From Bugula neritina (lineage: Eukaryota > Animalia > Bryozoa), in assembly GCA_964035545.1 (NCBI GenBank), contig OZ037766.1, positions 31,424,773-31,488,772 of the forward strand: a stretch of 64,000 nt of DNA, in the 5' to 3' direction. Made by a program: the position numbers and the translations under genes. Below the pieces are notes generated by a model. The model was not told the DNA's origin, did not search any database, and was given only the letters and a program-made list of their open reading frames with translations. Below, piece by piece: positions 17,355 through 30,098 of the stretch (position 1 is the stretch's first letter; the number at the start of each line of letters is the position of its first letter).

Positions 17355-20300
17355 ATGGGACCTAAAACAAATCCAGTGAAGGGTATTGAATACCCACCCG
17401 AATGTAAAGAGGTTTCCACAGAGCTTTCTAAGGATGAACTTCATCGAAGGCTTAAGGTTTGTATCTTCTGAAATTTTTTAGAAAAGGTAACCAATTGTAT
17501 AAAGCTGCAATGATTGGTGTGTGAAGCCGTATATATTACCTATACTTAGCTGGGATTACAGTATCCAGGTGAAAAAGATTTAGCTAGGTGACTTGCATAG
17601 CTAATGAATCTGATGGGAAGTTTTACTAAGTTCTAAATTTTCAAAATTTCATATTGGTGTGTGTAGAATGCTACTATTTGTATAGTTTGGAACTAAAATG
17701 AGATACTAATCCCTTAAAAACATATAGAATGTTGGAGAAACAAATTTTAATAGTAAACAATGAAGTGGTTGATGAGATTTTATTCTCCATGTTGCCATTT
17801 GCAGCAACTGGCGAAAGTTATACAGGACATTGGGCAAGATGATGAACATATGAAGTATACTGGTTGGTAGAAATACTCATTATATCATTAGTTCACACTG
17901 TAGTAAGCTTACTAACAGCTGATCTGTTGTATTCATGTGGAATATTACTTAATGAGCCTGGACTCATCATTTAGTCAAACTACTTCAACACATGTTTGAA
18001 TGGACTCTATAAATGCAACCATTATTATGCTTTGTCCATTTCAAAATATTTCAACAAGGCTATCCTGTTGCACTGGTTTTAACCCTGGAGAGATGCCTAT
18101 TATGTTTTTAAGCTATTTAAAAAGCCAGACTTTTCAATATTTTTGGAAATAATTACACTTGACTATGTTTTTGTTCACCTGGTAGCCTTGGCATTGCATA
18201 TGGCCAGCGAGGAGTTCCTGGAACATGAGAGCAAAGACATCAAATTGCTTGTAGCTTGTATATTGGCTGATGTGTTCAGAGTGTTTGCTCCTGAGCACCC
18301 ATTTGGTAACACTCAGAAACTGAAGGTAAGTATCGGTGGTTGTAATAATAGTAGTACTAGTAGCAGTAGTAGTAGTACTAGTAGCAACGGTAGTAGTAGC
18401 AGTAGTGGTAAAAGTAGTAGAGATAGTAGTGGTGCTAGTAGTAGTAGTAGTACTACTAGTAGTAGTAGTAGTGGTAGTAGCGGCGGTAGTAGTGGCAGTA
18501 GTAGTAGTAGCAGTAGTAGTACTAGTAGTGGCAGTACTAGTATTAGTAGTGCTAGTAGAATTAGTACTAGTAGTAGTACTAGTAATATTAGTCGTACTAT
18601 TGCTTAAATATAATACTAGTAGTAGTATTAGTACTAGTAGTGGTAGTAGTAGTACTAGTAGTATTAGTCGTAGTAGTAGTAATAGTAGTACTAGTAGTGA
18701 CAGTAGTAGTCGTGCTAGTAGTGACAGTAGTAGTCGTACTATTGCTTACATATAAACTGCAGTCACTGAAGCTGTTTGTGTTTCAGGATGTGCTGATGTT
18801 TTTGATAGACCAGCTGCAGGGTTTAAGCAACCCGGACAGTCACAACTATAAGAGATACTACTACCTGCTGGAGGTAATCACATTTACTCAGACTATTTCC
18901 TCATGTTTCAGTGCCATTTAATCTCAGTTATGTTACATTTTACACATATTGTTGAGCAGAACCTCACATATGCCAAGACCTTCACTGTGTGTCTCGACTG
19001 GGAGAATGACGACATTGTCCTACATCTGCTAAATACAGTGTTCGGGTCTCTGACGTAAGTGTGCCCATGTAATACTATAGCTCAGTGTGCCCATGTAATA
19101 CTATAGCTCAGTGTACCCATGTAATACTATAGCTCAGTGTGTACCCATGTAATACTATATAACTCAGTGTGTACCCATGTAATACTATATAGCTCAGTGT
19201 ACCCATGTAATACTATATAGCTCAGTGTACCCATGCAATACTATATAGCTCAGTGTACCCATGTAATACTATATAGCTCAGTGTACCCATGTAATACTTA
19301 CTATATAGCCCAGTTTGTGCCCATATAATACTATATATCTCAGTGTGTACCCACGTAATATTATATAGCTCAGTGTGCCCATGTAGTACTATATCTCATT
19401 GTACCCATGTAATGTTAACTCTACTCTTGCAGGTCAAAGCACACTGAGAAGGTAATAGCCCTTCTTCTTGATGCCCTCTCATCAGTACTCTCTGACGCCG
19501 AGTCGATATCCATTCCCCTGCTGGACGCCATCTTTGTCAACATTGTCGACCCAAACAAGGTGAGTTGATTGAGTTGGGAGGCTCCACACACCCTCTCAAT
19601 ACCCTCTCAATATTCTCTCAATACCCTCTCAATACTCTCTCAATACCCTCTCAACGCCCTCTCAATACTCTCTCAATACCCTCTCAATACTCTCTCGATA
19701 CCCTCTCGATACTCTCTCAATACCCTCTCAATACTCTCTCTCAATACCCTCTCAATACCCTCTCAATACTCTCTCAATACTCTCTCAATACCCTCTCAAT
19801 ACCCTCTCAATACCCTCTCAATACTCTCTCAATACTCTCTCAATACCCTCTCAATAGTCTCTCAATACCCTCTCAATACTCTCTCAATACCATCTCAATA
19901 CTCTCAATACTCTCTCAAAACTCTCTCAATACTCTCTCAATACTCTCTCAATACTCTCTCAATACCCTCTCAATACCCTCTCAATACCCTCTCAATACCC
20001 TCTCAATACCCTCTCAATACTCTCTCAATACCCTCTCAATACTCTCTCAATACTCTCTCAATACCCTCTCAATACCCTCTCAATACTCTCTCAATACTCT
20101 CTCAATACTCTCTCAATACTCTCTCAATACTCTCTCAATACTCTCTCAATACCCTCTCAATACTCTCTCAATACCCTCTCAATACTCTCTCAATACCCTC
20201 TCAATACTCTCTCAATACCCTCTCAATACTCTCTCAATACCCTCTCAATACCCTCTCCACACCCTCTCAATACTCTCTCAATACCCTCTCAATACCCTCT

Positions 20301-23300
20301 CAATACCCTCTCAATACTCTCTCAATACCCTCTCAATATCCTCTCAATACCCTCTCAACACTCTCTCAATACTCTCTCTATACCCTCTCAATACTCTCTC
20401 AATACTCTCTCTATACCCTTTCAACACCCTTTCAACCCTAATCTTCCACAAAGTTGAAGTAATACTAAAGTTATTGTGCCAGCACTCTTTCTAAATACAC
20501 TCAGATCAGCTGACGGATGTCTTTCTATACGACTCTGTGTTCTGTTTCAGCAACTGGCTAAGGAGTCCTACGAACTGGCAAAGAAAGTTTTGAGAAGGAA
20601 CAGTGCGTCTCTGGCTAGCTCTATCATGCATGTATGTCTTTCTACCACGCTCAGTACTCATACCAACTAATATATCCGTTAATATTGTGCTAAGCCACGG
20701 GCTTATTAGCTCAGTGTGCGTCTAGACAGAGCAGTGCCCTATGCGTTGGACCACCTGCTTTCCGTGTCTTTGAACATGCAATATGTATTGCAAGTAGCTA
20801 GCTGTATCAGTTCTACTGTGATTATTCTCTCACTGTGGTACTTCTTTAACCTGGTAATCCTAGCCATAGAACTACATGAGTATTCTATTTATGTGCTTAC
20901 TGCTTGCAGTTTTTCAACCAAGTTCTGATGCTGGGAAACTCAACAGAGAGCGAGGTTGGAGAAAAGGTGACAGACCTACTTTTTGAGCTGAATTCCATCT
21001 CACCGACTCTCATTACATCCATTATACCTTTCCTCGATCAGAAACTGAAGGTAGGCTTTTAGCATTCAGACCTGCAAAGGTAGCTTGAAGTAGATATGAT
21101 GCATCTGTTAGTTGTTGTACCTTTAGAGTGTATTGCTCGAAGTTGTGTCTTCAAGATTTACTGACTATAAACAGTATGTTGCTGCTAGTGTTCAACTTTC
21201 TTGTGTCACATGACGTGTCATCTGTTTATAGGTTAACGAGGTCACATGACATGTCATTTGTTTATAGGTCACTTGTGTCACATGACGTGTCATCTGTTTA
21301 TAGGTCAACGAGGTCACAGAGCGTAAAGGTATAATCAGGCTGCTGGGTCGTCTGTTCGGTGAACCAAACTCCGACTTGATAGAGACGCAGGCGGAGCTGT
21401 GGCAGAGCTACCTGGGCAGGTGAGTCACACAGGTGTCACTCTGCATGTTGACACGTTGTAGCAGGTGCTGCTCTGAGTGTCACCATTACAGCATGTAGCA
21501 TTACATAACTCTCTGTAACATTTCGTGTGAGTGAGGATGTAATTCTGACCAGTTTTGCTGCCGTTACTAACTGGATTGCTGCCACAGGTACCACGATATA
21601 GAGACGGATATCAGGATCATGTGCATCGAGCAGGCCGAGTGTATCCTCATTAACCACCCCTCGGCTAAGGCAGCCATCAGCGAGCACTGGAACCGGCGTC
21701 ATCGCGATGCCGATGACAACGTGCGTTGTGCTGTCGTCATGGCAATTGTGAACACGTGTAAGAGGGGCCTCAACTACGTCACTGAGGAGATGCTGCAGTG
21801 TGTCCGTGAACGCTGCCTCGATAAGAAGGTGAGGGTCAGCGTGAGTTGCTGATATGTGAGTTGAGCTGTGTGAGTGGCTCCTCTAGCCTGAGTGGCTCCT
21901 CTAGCCTGAGTATGTCTGAATGTAGTTTATGGAGAGTCTATAGACACTGTCTGACAGTACAGTCAGCAGACCTTACCTAGCCGTCTCTTTATTACCATGA
22001 TGATGTTGTCTTGTTGTACTTGTAGCATACACTGTGTACACTGTAGTTTACTATATACTGTATACACTGTAGTTTACTATTCACTATATACACCGTATAC
22101 ACTATATACGCTGTAGTTTACTATACACTGTATACACTGTAGTTTACTATACACTGTAGTTTACTATACACTGTAGTTTACTATACACCGTATACACTAT
22201 ACACTGTAGTTTAAGATCAGGAAAGAGGCTCTGTCTGGACTCGGCTCTATCTTCCGCAAGTACGCCATCACGGAGGACGGCTCAAGGTCAGATTACGAGG
22301 TCAGCTACAAGATACCCATTCAGTGGATCCAGAATCGTATACTACAGACCTACTTCCAGCGTCTCCTTGACGACAAGTATGTCTAGAGTGCTTGACCTCT
22401 AACCTCAGCTGACTGTGTGACCCCCCCCCCATGTGTATCACAGGTTTATCTCCCCATGTGTGTCACAGGTTTATGTATATATATTACAGGTTTATGGTGG
22501 AGAGGCTGTTCCTCCAGTGTATAGTACCCTTCGCCTTGAACTCTGCTGACAGAATGAAGAGACTTCTCTCCATGTTTGCCTACATTGATGACAACAGCAG
22601 GAAGGCTTTCTCCACCATGTTGAAGGCTCAGACTCAGTCAGTCACTACTGCTAGTACTAGTTAACTATTACAATAGTTGACTCTAGTATTATACTCTAAT
22701 AGTTAACTCTAGTATAAAAACCAGGCGACAACTTTCTGTAGCATATAACTATGCTTATAGTGAAATATTCTGCAACAATAAAAGCATATAGAAGTGTTTT
22801 AATTACCCTTCAGTTGAGATTGCTTTTAGCCTAAATTGACGCATTATCCCTTCAAACTTTTGTAAATTCGAAGTTACCAGGAGTTTGTTTCTATTTCCTG
22901 TAGACTGAGGAAGCTGGTGAAGGAGTTGGTTGATGTGTGCGGGGCGGGTGAGGAGAGCCCCAAACTCATACACCAGGTCTCAGAGCAGGCTGTGAGAATC
23001 AGTAAGCACTACCCTGACAGTGGTAACAAGGTGGCCGAGGGTCTTAAGAAGTTCTTTGTCTCTCTCATCACCGACAAGAAGTCTCGCGAGATGATAGAGG
23101 CCATCCTTGACCCCAAGTGTACCTGCGAGAAGGCGTCTGAGCAGTCTCGGGCTCTGCAGACTAAACTCGGCAACTCGTCACTTCCTGCTGGTCAGGTCAT
23201 GGCCGTGAAAGTTCTTCTGGAGAGAATCGGTGAGCAGTACTACTACTGTGTTACTACTACGTACCTGCACTCTACTACAACTACTACTAGTAGTACTACT

Positions 23301-26300
23301 ACGTATCTGCACTCTACTACTAGTAGTACTGCTACGTACCTGCACTCTACTTCTAGTAGTACTACTACTGTGCTACTACAACTAGTAGTAGGAGTAGTAA
23401 TAGTACTACTCCTACTACTACCACCGCTACTACTGCTACTGCTGCTGCCGCTGCTAATAATATACTACTAAACACTGTTTCCTCTGTTACAGCTCCTCTG
23501 CTGATAGACCAGGAGGCTGTAGATGTCCTTGTGCAGTACGTCTGCGACTGTCTGACCAACAGCTGTGACTTCATGGACAGCTACACGGCACCTTCGGAGT
23601 CCGGCATGGCTTTGCTAGTGGTCAGTTCATTCTATATAACTTACTCTATGCTGACACTTACTCTATGCTGACATTTACTCTATGCTGACACTTACTCTAT
23701 GCAGACACTTACTCTATGCAGACATTGCTATACTACTATATATAATAGTACGTTAGAATTGCTGTTCTCTGTCCGTTAGACCCTGTACCATAATATCATT
23801 CACATCTTACTGTTTGTTTAGTGCATAGCCCCAGAGTACCCACAGGCCTTTGATTCTGAGGCTACATTTAATAATCTAACAGAGTTTCTGAAGCATGAAA
23901 ACGACACTGTGTGTAAGTATACAGTATATTATATGTAAGTATACAGTATATTATATGTAAGTATACAGTATATTATATGTAAGTATACAGTATATTATAT
24001 GTAAGTACACAGTGTATTATATGTATGTATACACTATACAGTAAATTATATGTAAGTATACAGTATGTTATATGTAAGTATACAGTATATTATATGTAAG
24101 TATACTGTATATGTAAGTATATTGTATATTATATGTAAGTATACTGTATATGTAAGTATATTGTATATTATATGTAAATATACTGTATATTATATGTAAG
24201 TATATAGTATATTCTATGTAAGTATACAGTATATTATATGTAAGTATACAGTATATGTAAGTATACAGTATATTATATGTAAGTATACAGTATATTATAT
24301 GTAAGTATACAGTATATGTGAGTATACTATAAGTATGTACATCTGGCAGCCAGTGGAGCTCTACAAATACTGATGAACACCGGCAGCACTCTGAAGGAGA
24401 AGTTCCCAGACACCTGCGAGCACCTGCTCCAGACTCTACAGTCCATGGTGAAGATCGGCAGCCCTCGCCAGGCTAAGCACGCTGTCAGGTGTTTGGCCAA
24501 CATGTTTGACAACAAGGAGGAGCTGTTTGACAATCTGGCTACGGTGAGTCAGTCAGTCTACCAGTCAGTGAGTCAACTCCTGGTCTCAGTTACTCAGTCA
24601 GTCACCAGTTACTCTCTGCTCTAGATATCTGTGCAAACGCAATCATGTTCTGTCTGTGAATATAAGAATCTACAGTATATCAGCAACATGCTGTTACGTT
24701 GTAATTTCTGGGGTCTGTTGGGCTTACCCACCCCTTATTTTACACTCTTAAATCTCACTCACAAATATGGAAGATTTTGCAACTCACAACGTAGCATTTA
24801 CTAACCCTGTACTGTATACACTAAGAGTAAGTTCTCTTGTCCTCCAGCACTGCCAGGAGAACCTCTCCATCGAGTCAGCCAATCTCTGCACAGCTCTCGT
24901 AGCCCTGGGTCAGATGGCCGTCCTGGCACCCAAGGCGGAGTTTGTGTCGGTACTGAAACCCCTCGTCCAGAACGTGCTTGTCAAGCAGATTCTCATGCAA
25001 GACCAGGTTAGTACCACCTGAGTGTGTCCAACCTGAGTGTGTCCCACCTGAGTGTGTCTCACCTGTGTGTGTCCCGCCTGAGTGTGTCTCACCTGTGTGT
25101 GTCTCACCTGTGTGATGTAGCCCAGAGTTGGTTATCCAGCTTCATTATATGATATGTTATATCAGTGTTACACATATGTCAGTTGGTGAAGTGATCCAGC
25201 ATGCGTGTGGTGGTGTGTTTAGACTCTGCACTGCCATCTCTGAATAGTATATATTAAGTATATTGAGTGGAGAATAATACTAAACTGTATAGTATCTAAT
25301 GTACATGACTATTACACTGAGCTGCGGAGTGTTACTAGTACACCCTGTCTTTGTTGGTTGTGCTGGACTGTGAGCTACTTGTTTGTGTATATCTACAGAC
25401 AACACAGCGGGTGGGTAGAAGGGCCACCGAACTGTGGACTCACGACCACATGGTGAGCGAGGAAACTCAAGCTAAGGTGCAGGCTATGAAGATGATGGTG
25501 AGGTGGCTGCACGCCATTCAGGGGACAGAAAACTCCGGCAAATACTGTACTTCCACCCTCAGGATGCTGAACACTGTCCTCACTACTTCCGGGGATCTAA
25601 TGGAGGCGAAGAGAATAGCGTTAGTATATAATAGTCACTGTGTAGTTAGTATATAATAGTCACTGTGTAGTTAGTATATAATAGTCACTGTGTAGTTAGT
25701 ATATAATAGTCACTGTGTAGTTAGTATATAATATTCACTGTATAGTTAGTATATAATAGTCACTGTATAGTTAGTATATAATAGTCACTGTGTAGTTAGT
25801 ATATAATAGTCACTGTATAGTTAGTATATAATAGTCACTGTATAGTTAGTATACTCTGTATATATTCACTTTCCTCATAGCCTGAGTTCCTAACTGTTGT
25901 AGGCGAGGAGAAATGTCGAGGCTGCGACTAACGGCCGCCCTCTGTATTCTCAAGATAGTGCATGTGGCGGCATATGCTGAGATCATTACAAATGAAACCT
26001 TTCAGAATCTCGCACTCATCATAAATGTAAGTATATAGCAACGTGTAAGTACATGTACTCCACTGTAAGTACATGTACTCCACTGTAAGTACATATAGTT
26101 CAATGTAAGTACATATAGTCCACTGTAAGTACATATAAGTACGTATAAATACAGGACCCCGTGCTACAAGTTAGAATAACGTTCACTCAGAAGCTACACA
26201 AGTACCTGCTAGCCATGAAGATCCCCCTCCAGTACATGGCCATATTCGCTCTCTGCGCAAATGATCGGGTCAAGGATAGGAAGTTCACCGTCAAACAGTA

Positions 26301-28422
26301 CATCGAGTTGAACATTCAGAAACGCAGAGAATACCTCAAGAAGCATCCTCCAACCAACAGTAAGTCTCCTCCAACTAACAGTAAGTCTCTTCCAACCAAC
26401 AGTAAGTCTCCTCCAACCAACAGTAAGTCTCCTTCAACCAACAGTAAGTCTCTTCCAACCAACAGTAAGTCACCCACGGTTCTACGATGTGTTATCTACC
26501 TCTGCCTTGGTATGTTCATCTTTGCACATTACACACTTCGGCTATATAATCCTATATAGTGTATTAGTATATAGTAGTAATATACTATAGACTACACGCA
26601 TGCTATACAGGTTTATATTGCATACAACATATACACATGTTTATACTATATAGCCCTATGTGTGTATAGTAATATACTATAGACTACACGCATACATACA
26701 TATTTATATTATACATGTTTATATTGTAGACCGAATTCTGTTTAGCCTGCTGCCTGACTACGTCATACCTTACGCTGTGCACCTGCTGGCCCATGACCCT
26801 GAGCTGGAGTCCCACGACGACGCCCCCAACCTCAGGAATATCAAGGAGTGCCTCTGGCTACTCCTGGAGCCCCTCATGAAAGACCAGGCCTCCTTCTACT
26901 CCTTCCAGAAGAAGATATTCGAGTACATCAAACAGACGAAGGATGCTCAGAATCCTGATGATGAAATTGGCAATAAGAAGATGTGGGCTGTGTGTGACCT
27001 TGGCATTCAGATTATCATGCAAAGGTCAGTGTGTGCGAGTGTGTAGAGGTCAGTGTGTGCGAGTGTGTAGAGGTCAGTGTGTGCGAGTGTGTAGAGGTCA
27101 GTGTGTAGAGCATATACAGAGTGTAAAATGTCAGAATGTTGACTTTCTAGTATGAAACATTTGGTTCCAGGTGTCCCTTTAACTCTAAGGCTGTTCCCTG
27201 TGGGACGCCCCTTCTACCTGCCAAACTCTTCACAGGACTCGACAAATCTAACTCTAACAGATCCAATTATCTGCCTCGAGATCTTATTTACAACCCGAGT
27301 CGTGGCTCTGTAAGTAGCAGCTGTAGTAATAGCAATAGTGTTAGTAGTAGTAGTAGTAGTAGCAGTAGTAGTACTAGTAGCAGTAGTAGTAGTACTAGTA
27401 GTAGTAGTGGTAGTTGTAGTAGTACTAGTAGTAGTAGTAGTAGCAGCAGTAGTAGTAGTAGTAGTAGTAGTTGTAGTAGCAGTAGTAGTAATAGTAGTAG
27501 TAGTAGTAGTAGTAGTAATAGTAGTAGTACTAGTAGCAGTAGTAGTACTAGTAGTCCTAGTAGTAGTGCTAGTAGTAGTAATTATACTTATAGTATTGGA
27601 GGTAATAGTATCTATATATTGGTCAGGCCAACCGCAATGAGTTCTTCAAGGCCGGAGACAAAGCACCCAGCAAGGACGAGGAGGAAGAGGAAGCAGCAGA
27701 GGAAACTACTTCTGCCGTTCAGGTCAAGGACAAACCTAGTGGTGACGAGTTCATCAACCCAGAGTAAGTCACTGTCCACGTGCTAAGGTCACTGTCCGCG
27801 TGCTAAGGTCACTGTCCACGTGCTAAGGTCACTGTCCGCGTGCTAAGGTTCCTACAACTGCGCCATGTTAATTCAATACATATAAACTCTCAGTGAATAC
27901 TGTGTGACTAACAGGCTATCTGTTTGTCACTTCTCTGCAACATTCACAGATGCATGGCTGATATATTTTAGGGAAGAATTAGATAAGAAAATGGACGCTA
28001 GTGAACGTCGTAAGAAGAGGAAGTCTACTACCACCATCACGGAGCTGACGGCCAACAATTCCCTATTGCCAGATGGCGCTGTCGGCGAAGGTGTGCAGAC
28101 CATCACAGTTGGCCTTGTCGGGGAGAAAGGCGAGCTGGTGGAGGTGAACAAGAGAGTGAGAACTTCCTACAAGGCAGCCCACCAGAACGGACAAACCAAA
28201 GTCGTGGTCCGTCAGGTGGTGGAAGATGACGATGCCATGGAAGATGAGGTAAAGCTGCTGCTTTATGTTTAAACTCTGGTGTTGCTGATTGTGGTGATAA
28301 ATGTGTTGCTAAGCAACGCTGCTGTTGCTAAGTAACAAGTCGTGTTTATATTGACTATGATTCTTATGTAGGATGATAAAAAGGCAGCAACTAGAAGCTC
28401 TGCTCGTAAGAAGGCCACGTAG
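17355..28422 (+). CDS. PDS5: Sister-chromatid cohesion protein PDS5, 25 coding exons (starts: 17355, 17805, 18186, 18787, 18960, 19433, 20551, 20910, 21304, 21588, 22210, 22490, 22904, 23493, 23822, 24350, 24848, 25399, 25903, 26155, 26730, 27171, 27627, 27972, 28372)
   Basis: Exons translate to PDS5 motifs: [56 protein letters not shown]|[77 protein letters not shown]. Phases are consistent. Confidence 0.96.
18345..18742 (+). repeat. Degenerate (AGT)n microsatellite in PDS5 intron 3
   Basis: This low-complexity tract explains the poly-Ser and poly-Val ORFs. Confidence 0.95.
19058..19413 (+). repeat. 27-31-nt minisatellite (CAGTGTRCCCATGTAATACTATAGCT) filling PDS5 intron 5
   Basis: It begins inside the donor GTAAGTGTGCCC and runs to about 20 nt before the acceptor. 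Confidence 0.93.
19590..20440 (+). repeat. 11-nt two-variant satellite (CCCTCTCAATA / CTCTCTCAATA), about 75 copies, in PDS5 intron 6
   Basis: Tandem array read directly. It is the source of the spurious 309-aa and 290-aa ORFs. Confidence 0.96.
21203..21318 (+). repeat. 36-nt x3 repeat spanning the PDS5 exon-9 acceptor
   Basis: TTTATAG|GT ends at 21231, 21267 and 21303. Confidence 0.9.
22027..22213 (+). repeat. About 17-nt repeat (ATACACTGTAG|TTTACT) spanning the PDS5 exon-11 acceptor
   Basis: There are seven CTGTAG|TTTA copies, and the last (22209/22210) is the in-frame acceptor. Confidence 0.9.
23913..24335 (+). repeat. 22-nt repeat starting at the donor (GTAAGTATACAGTATATTATAT), about 20 units
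   Basis: The first unit is the true donor of PDS5 exon 15. Confidence 0.95.
25620..25853 (+). repeat. 25-nt x10 repeat starting at the donor (GTTAGTATATAATAGTCACTGTRTA)
   Basis: GTTAGT occurs at 25620, 25645 ... 25845. Confidence 0.95.
26027..26140 (+). repeat. 20-nt x6 repeat starting at the donor (GTAAGTACATRTASTCCACT)
   Basis: GTAAGT occurs at 26027, 26045, 26065, 26085, 26105 and 26125 within a 128-nt intron. Confidence 0.92.
26347..26471 (+). repeat. 21-nt x6 repeat spanning the PDS5 exon-20 donor (CCTCCAACCAACA|GTAAGTCT)
   Basis: Donors occur at 26360, 26381, 26402, 26423, 26444 and 26465. Confidence 0.95.
27023..27110 (+). repeat. 24-nt x4 repeat spanning the PDS5 exon-21 donor (AG|GTCAGTGTGTGCGAGTGTGTAG)
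   Basis: Donors occur at 27025, 27049, 27073 and 27097. Confidence 0.93.
27310..27600 (+). repeat. (AGT)n microsatellite in PDS5 intron 22
   Basis: Low-complexity tract starting at the donor. Confidence 0.93.
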
Positions 28423-28974
28423 AAGCAGTGATGTCTGAGATGCCCACGACTGTACATATTCGCTTGATTTGTGGCAATTTTATTACACATGCATATATGT
28501 TTTGGCCTGTGTTTTATATGTCTTCTGTATTTGTTAAGGGAGGGCGTTATTCAGTTTACACAATTCTTTTTCTTTCTTTGTATATACAGCAGTGTGATTA
28601 CCAGTATGTCCTGTTTTATTATTCTTTATATAGGTTGTACTACTATGAAATTATAGATTTTAATAATATAAAATAAAATATTCACATGGTAAAACATCAT
28701 CTGGCAATCTTAGTTACTGACCCAAATGTTTAGTCAGCTGTAAATGAATGTAAAATTCTGCTCAATATTATTTTGGATTGCAAATTTATTATTTCCATGA
28801 TCGAGAAATGGTTTATATGATGCAAACCTATATTAAATAAATAATGCATTCTGCTAAAGATAAGGTCAATGTTATATAACTCCTTCGTAAACCAAGTATT
28901 ACTGGTTGTTGTTAGCCTATACACTCGTAGCACAAAGTTGTTGCGTGTTCAACTGCAACGTCTTAGGAACTTTG

Positions 28975-29969
28975 TTACTTTCTTCGATTGAATGGGTCTG
29001 ACCAAACCCTCATACCTATAAATACAAATATAGCCATAGTTATAGTACAAATATAGTCACTGTTGGAGTAAAAATATAGTCACAGTCGGAGTAAAAATAT
29101 AGCCTTAAGATACCAACAAGATATGTGGTGCTAAATTTGAATATAAATATAATTTCAGTTGTTTGAGCTTTAACAAGTAGATCGAGTTACTTGACAGACT
29201 ATAAACCATCACAAACCAAGTCTTTGACAAAAACTATTCACTCCAACTTGGGAATTTTCATAGAGCCAGTCTTTCCACAGAATTACAATATATACATTAT
29301 ACAATTTTTTCCTCTTAAGACATTGAATTTTGAGACATTACTTGGAGCAAGGTTTCTTCTTTTAAACCTTAATTGGACAAACAAATAAATCTTTGCCCAC
29401 ATGCAGAGAGAAGATTTACTAACCCCCTGGCTGTATGTCCTCCTGGTTTATGCCCCGTCTGTTCTCCCTCTGTGTTGTCTCTAAAACAAATGATACAAAT
29501 ACCACAACTACACAGATATCGGTATATGTAAGCACATAAGTAATATAGGTATATACAAGCATATAAGTATAGGTATATACAATCTTATATTCAGTATACA
29601 CTGAAAGCCTAACTCTAACATCATGTTGGCCCTTTCAATCAATGACAGTTGACTGGAAATCATAAATGGTCTTATTATGACGTTACAAAAAGCTACTTGG
29701 CAATTTTGTAAAGCTTGAAGGAGCAAGCGCAGTAGAATGTTCTACATCTTAAAAAATTACTTTGAATCAACTTGCCAAAAGGGAGGAAAGAATTTTTGAT
29801 AAAAGAGTCTAAATTTCATAGCAGGCAAATTAAATTAACATGCTTAAAAAAGTATATAAGATAGAAAACTGGGCAACTATTTTCTGTGGGCTCTTGAACA
29901 TGTTAATGCAAATAGTATTTGACTTTAATACGTTAACTATTACTGCTATTAGGCCTACTGGTACTATTG

Positions 29970-30015
<46 letters not shown>

Positions 30016-30067
30016 CACCACCGCTACTACCACCACCATTACCACCAATACTACTACCACCACCACC

Positions 30068-30098
<31 letters not shown>

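Noticed and set aside
18336-18921. Poly-Val and poly-Ser ORFs (also at 27338-27640 and 29830-30220)
   Set aside because: They arise from (AGT)n/(ACT)n microsatellites in introns.
19565-20494. 309-aa and 290-aa repetitive ORFs
   Set aside because: They are translations of an intronic 11-mer satellite inside PDS5 intron 6.
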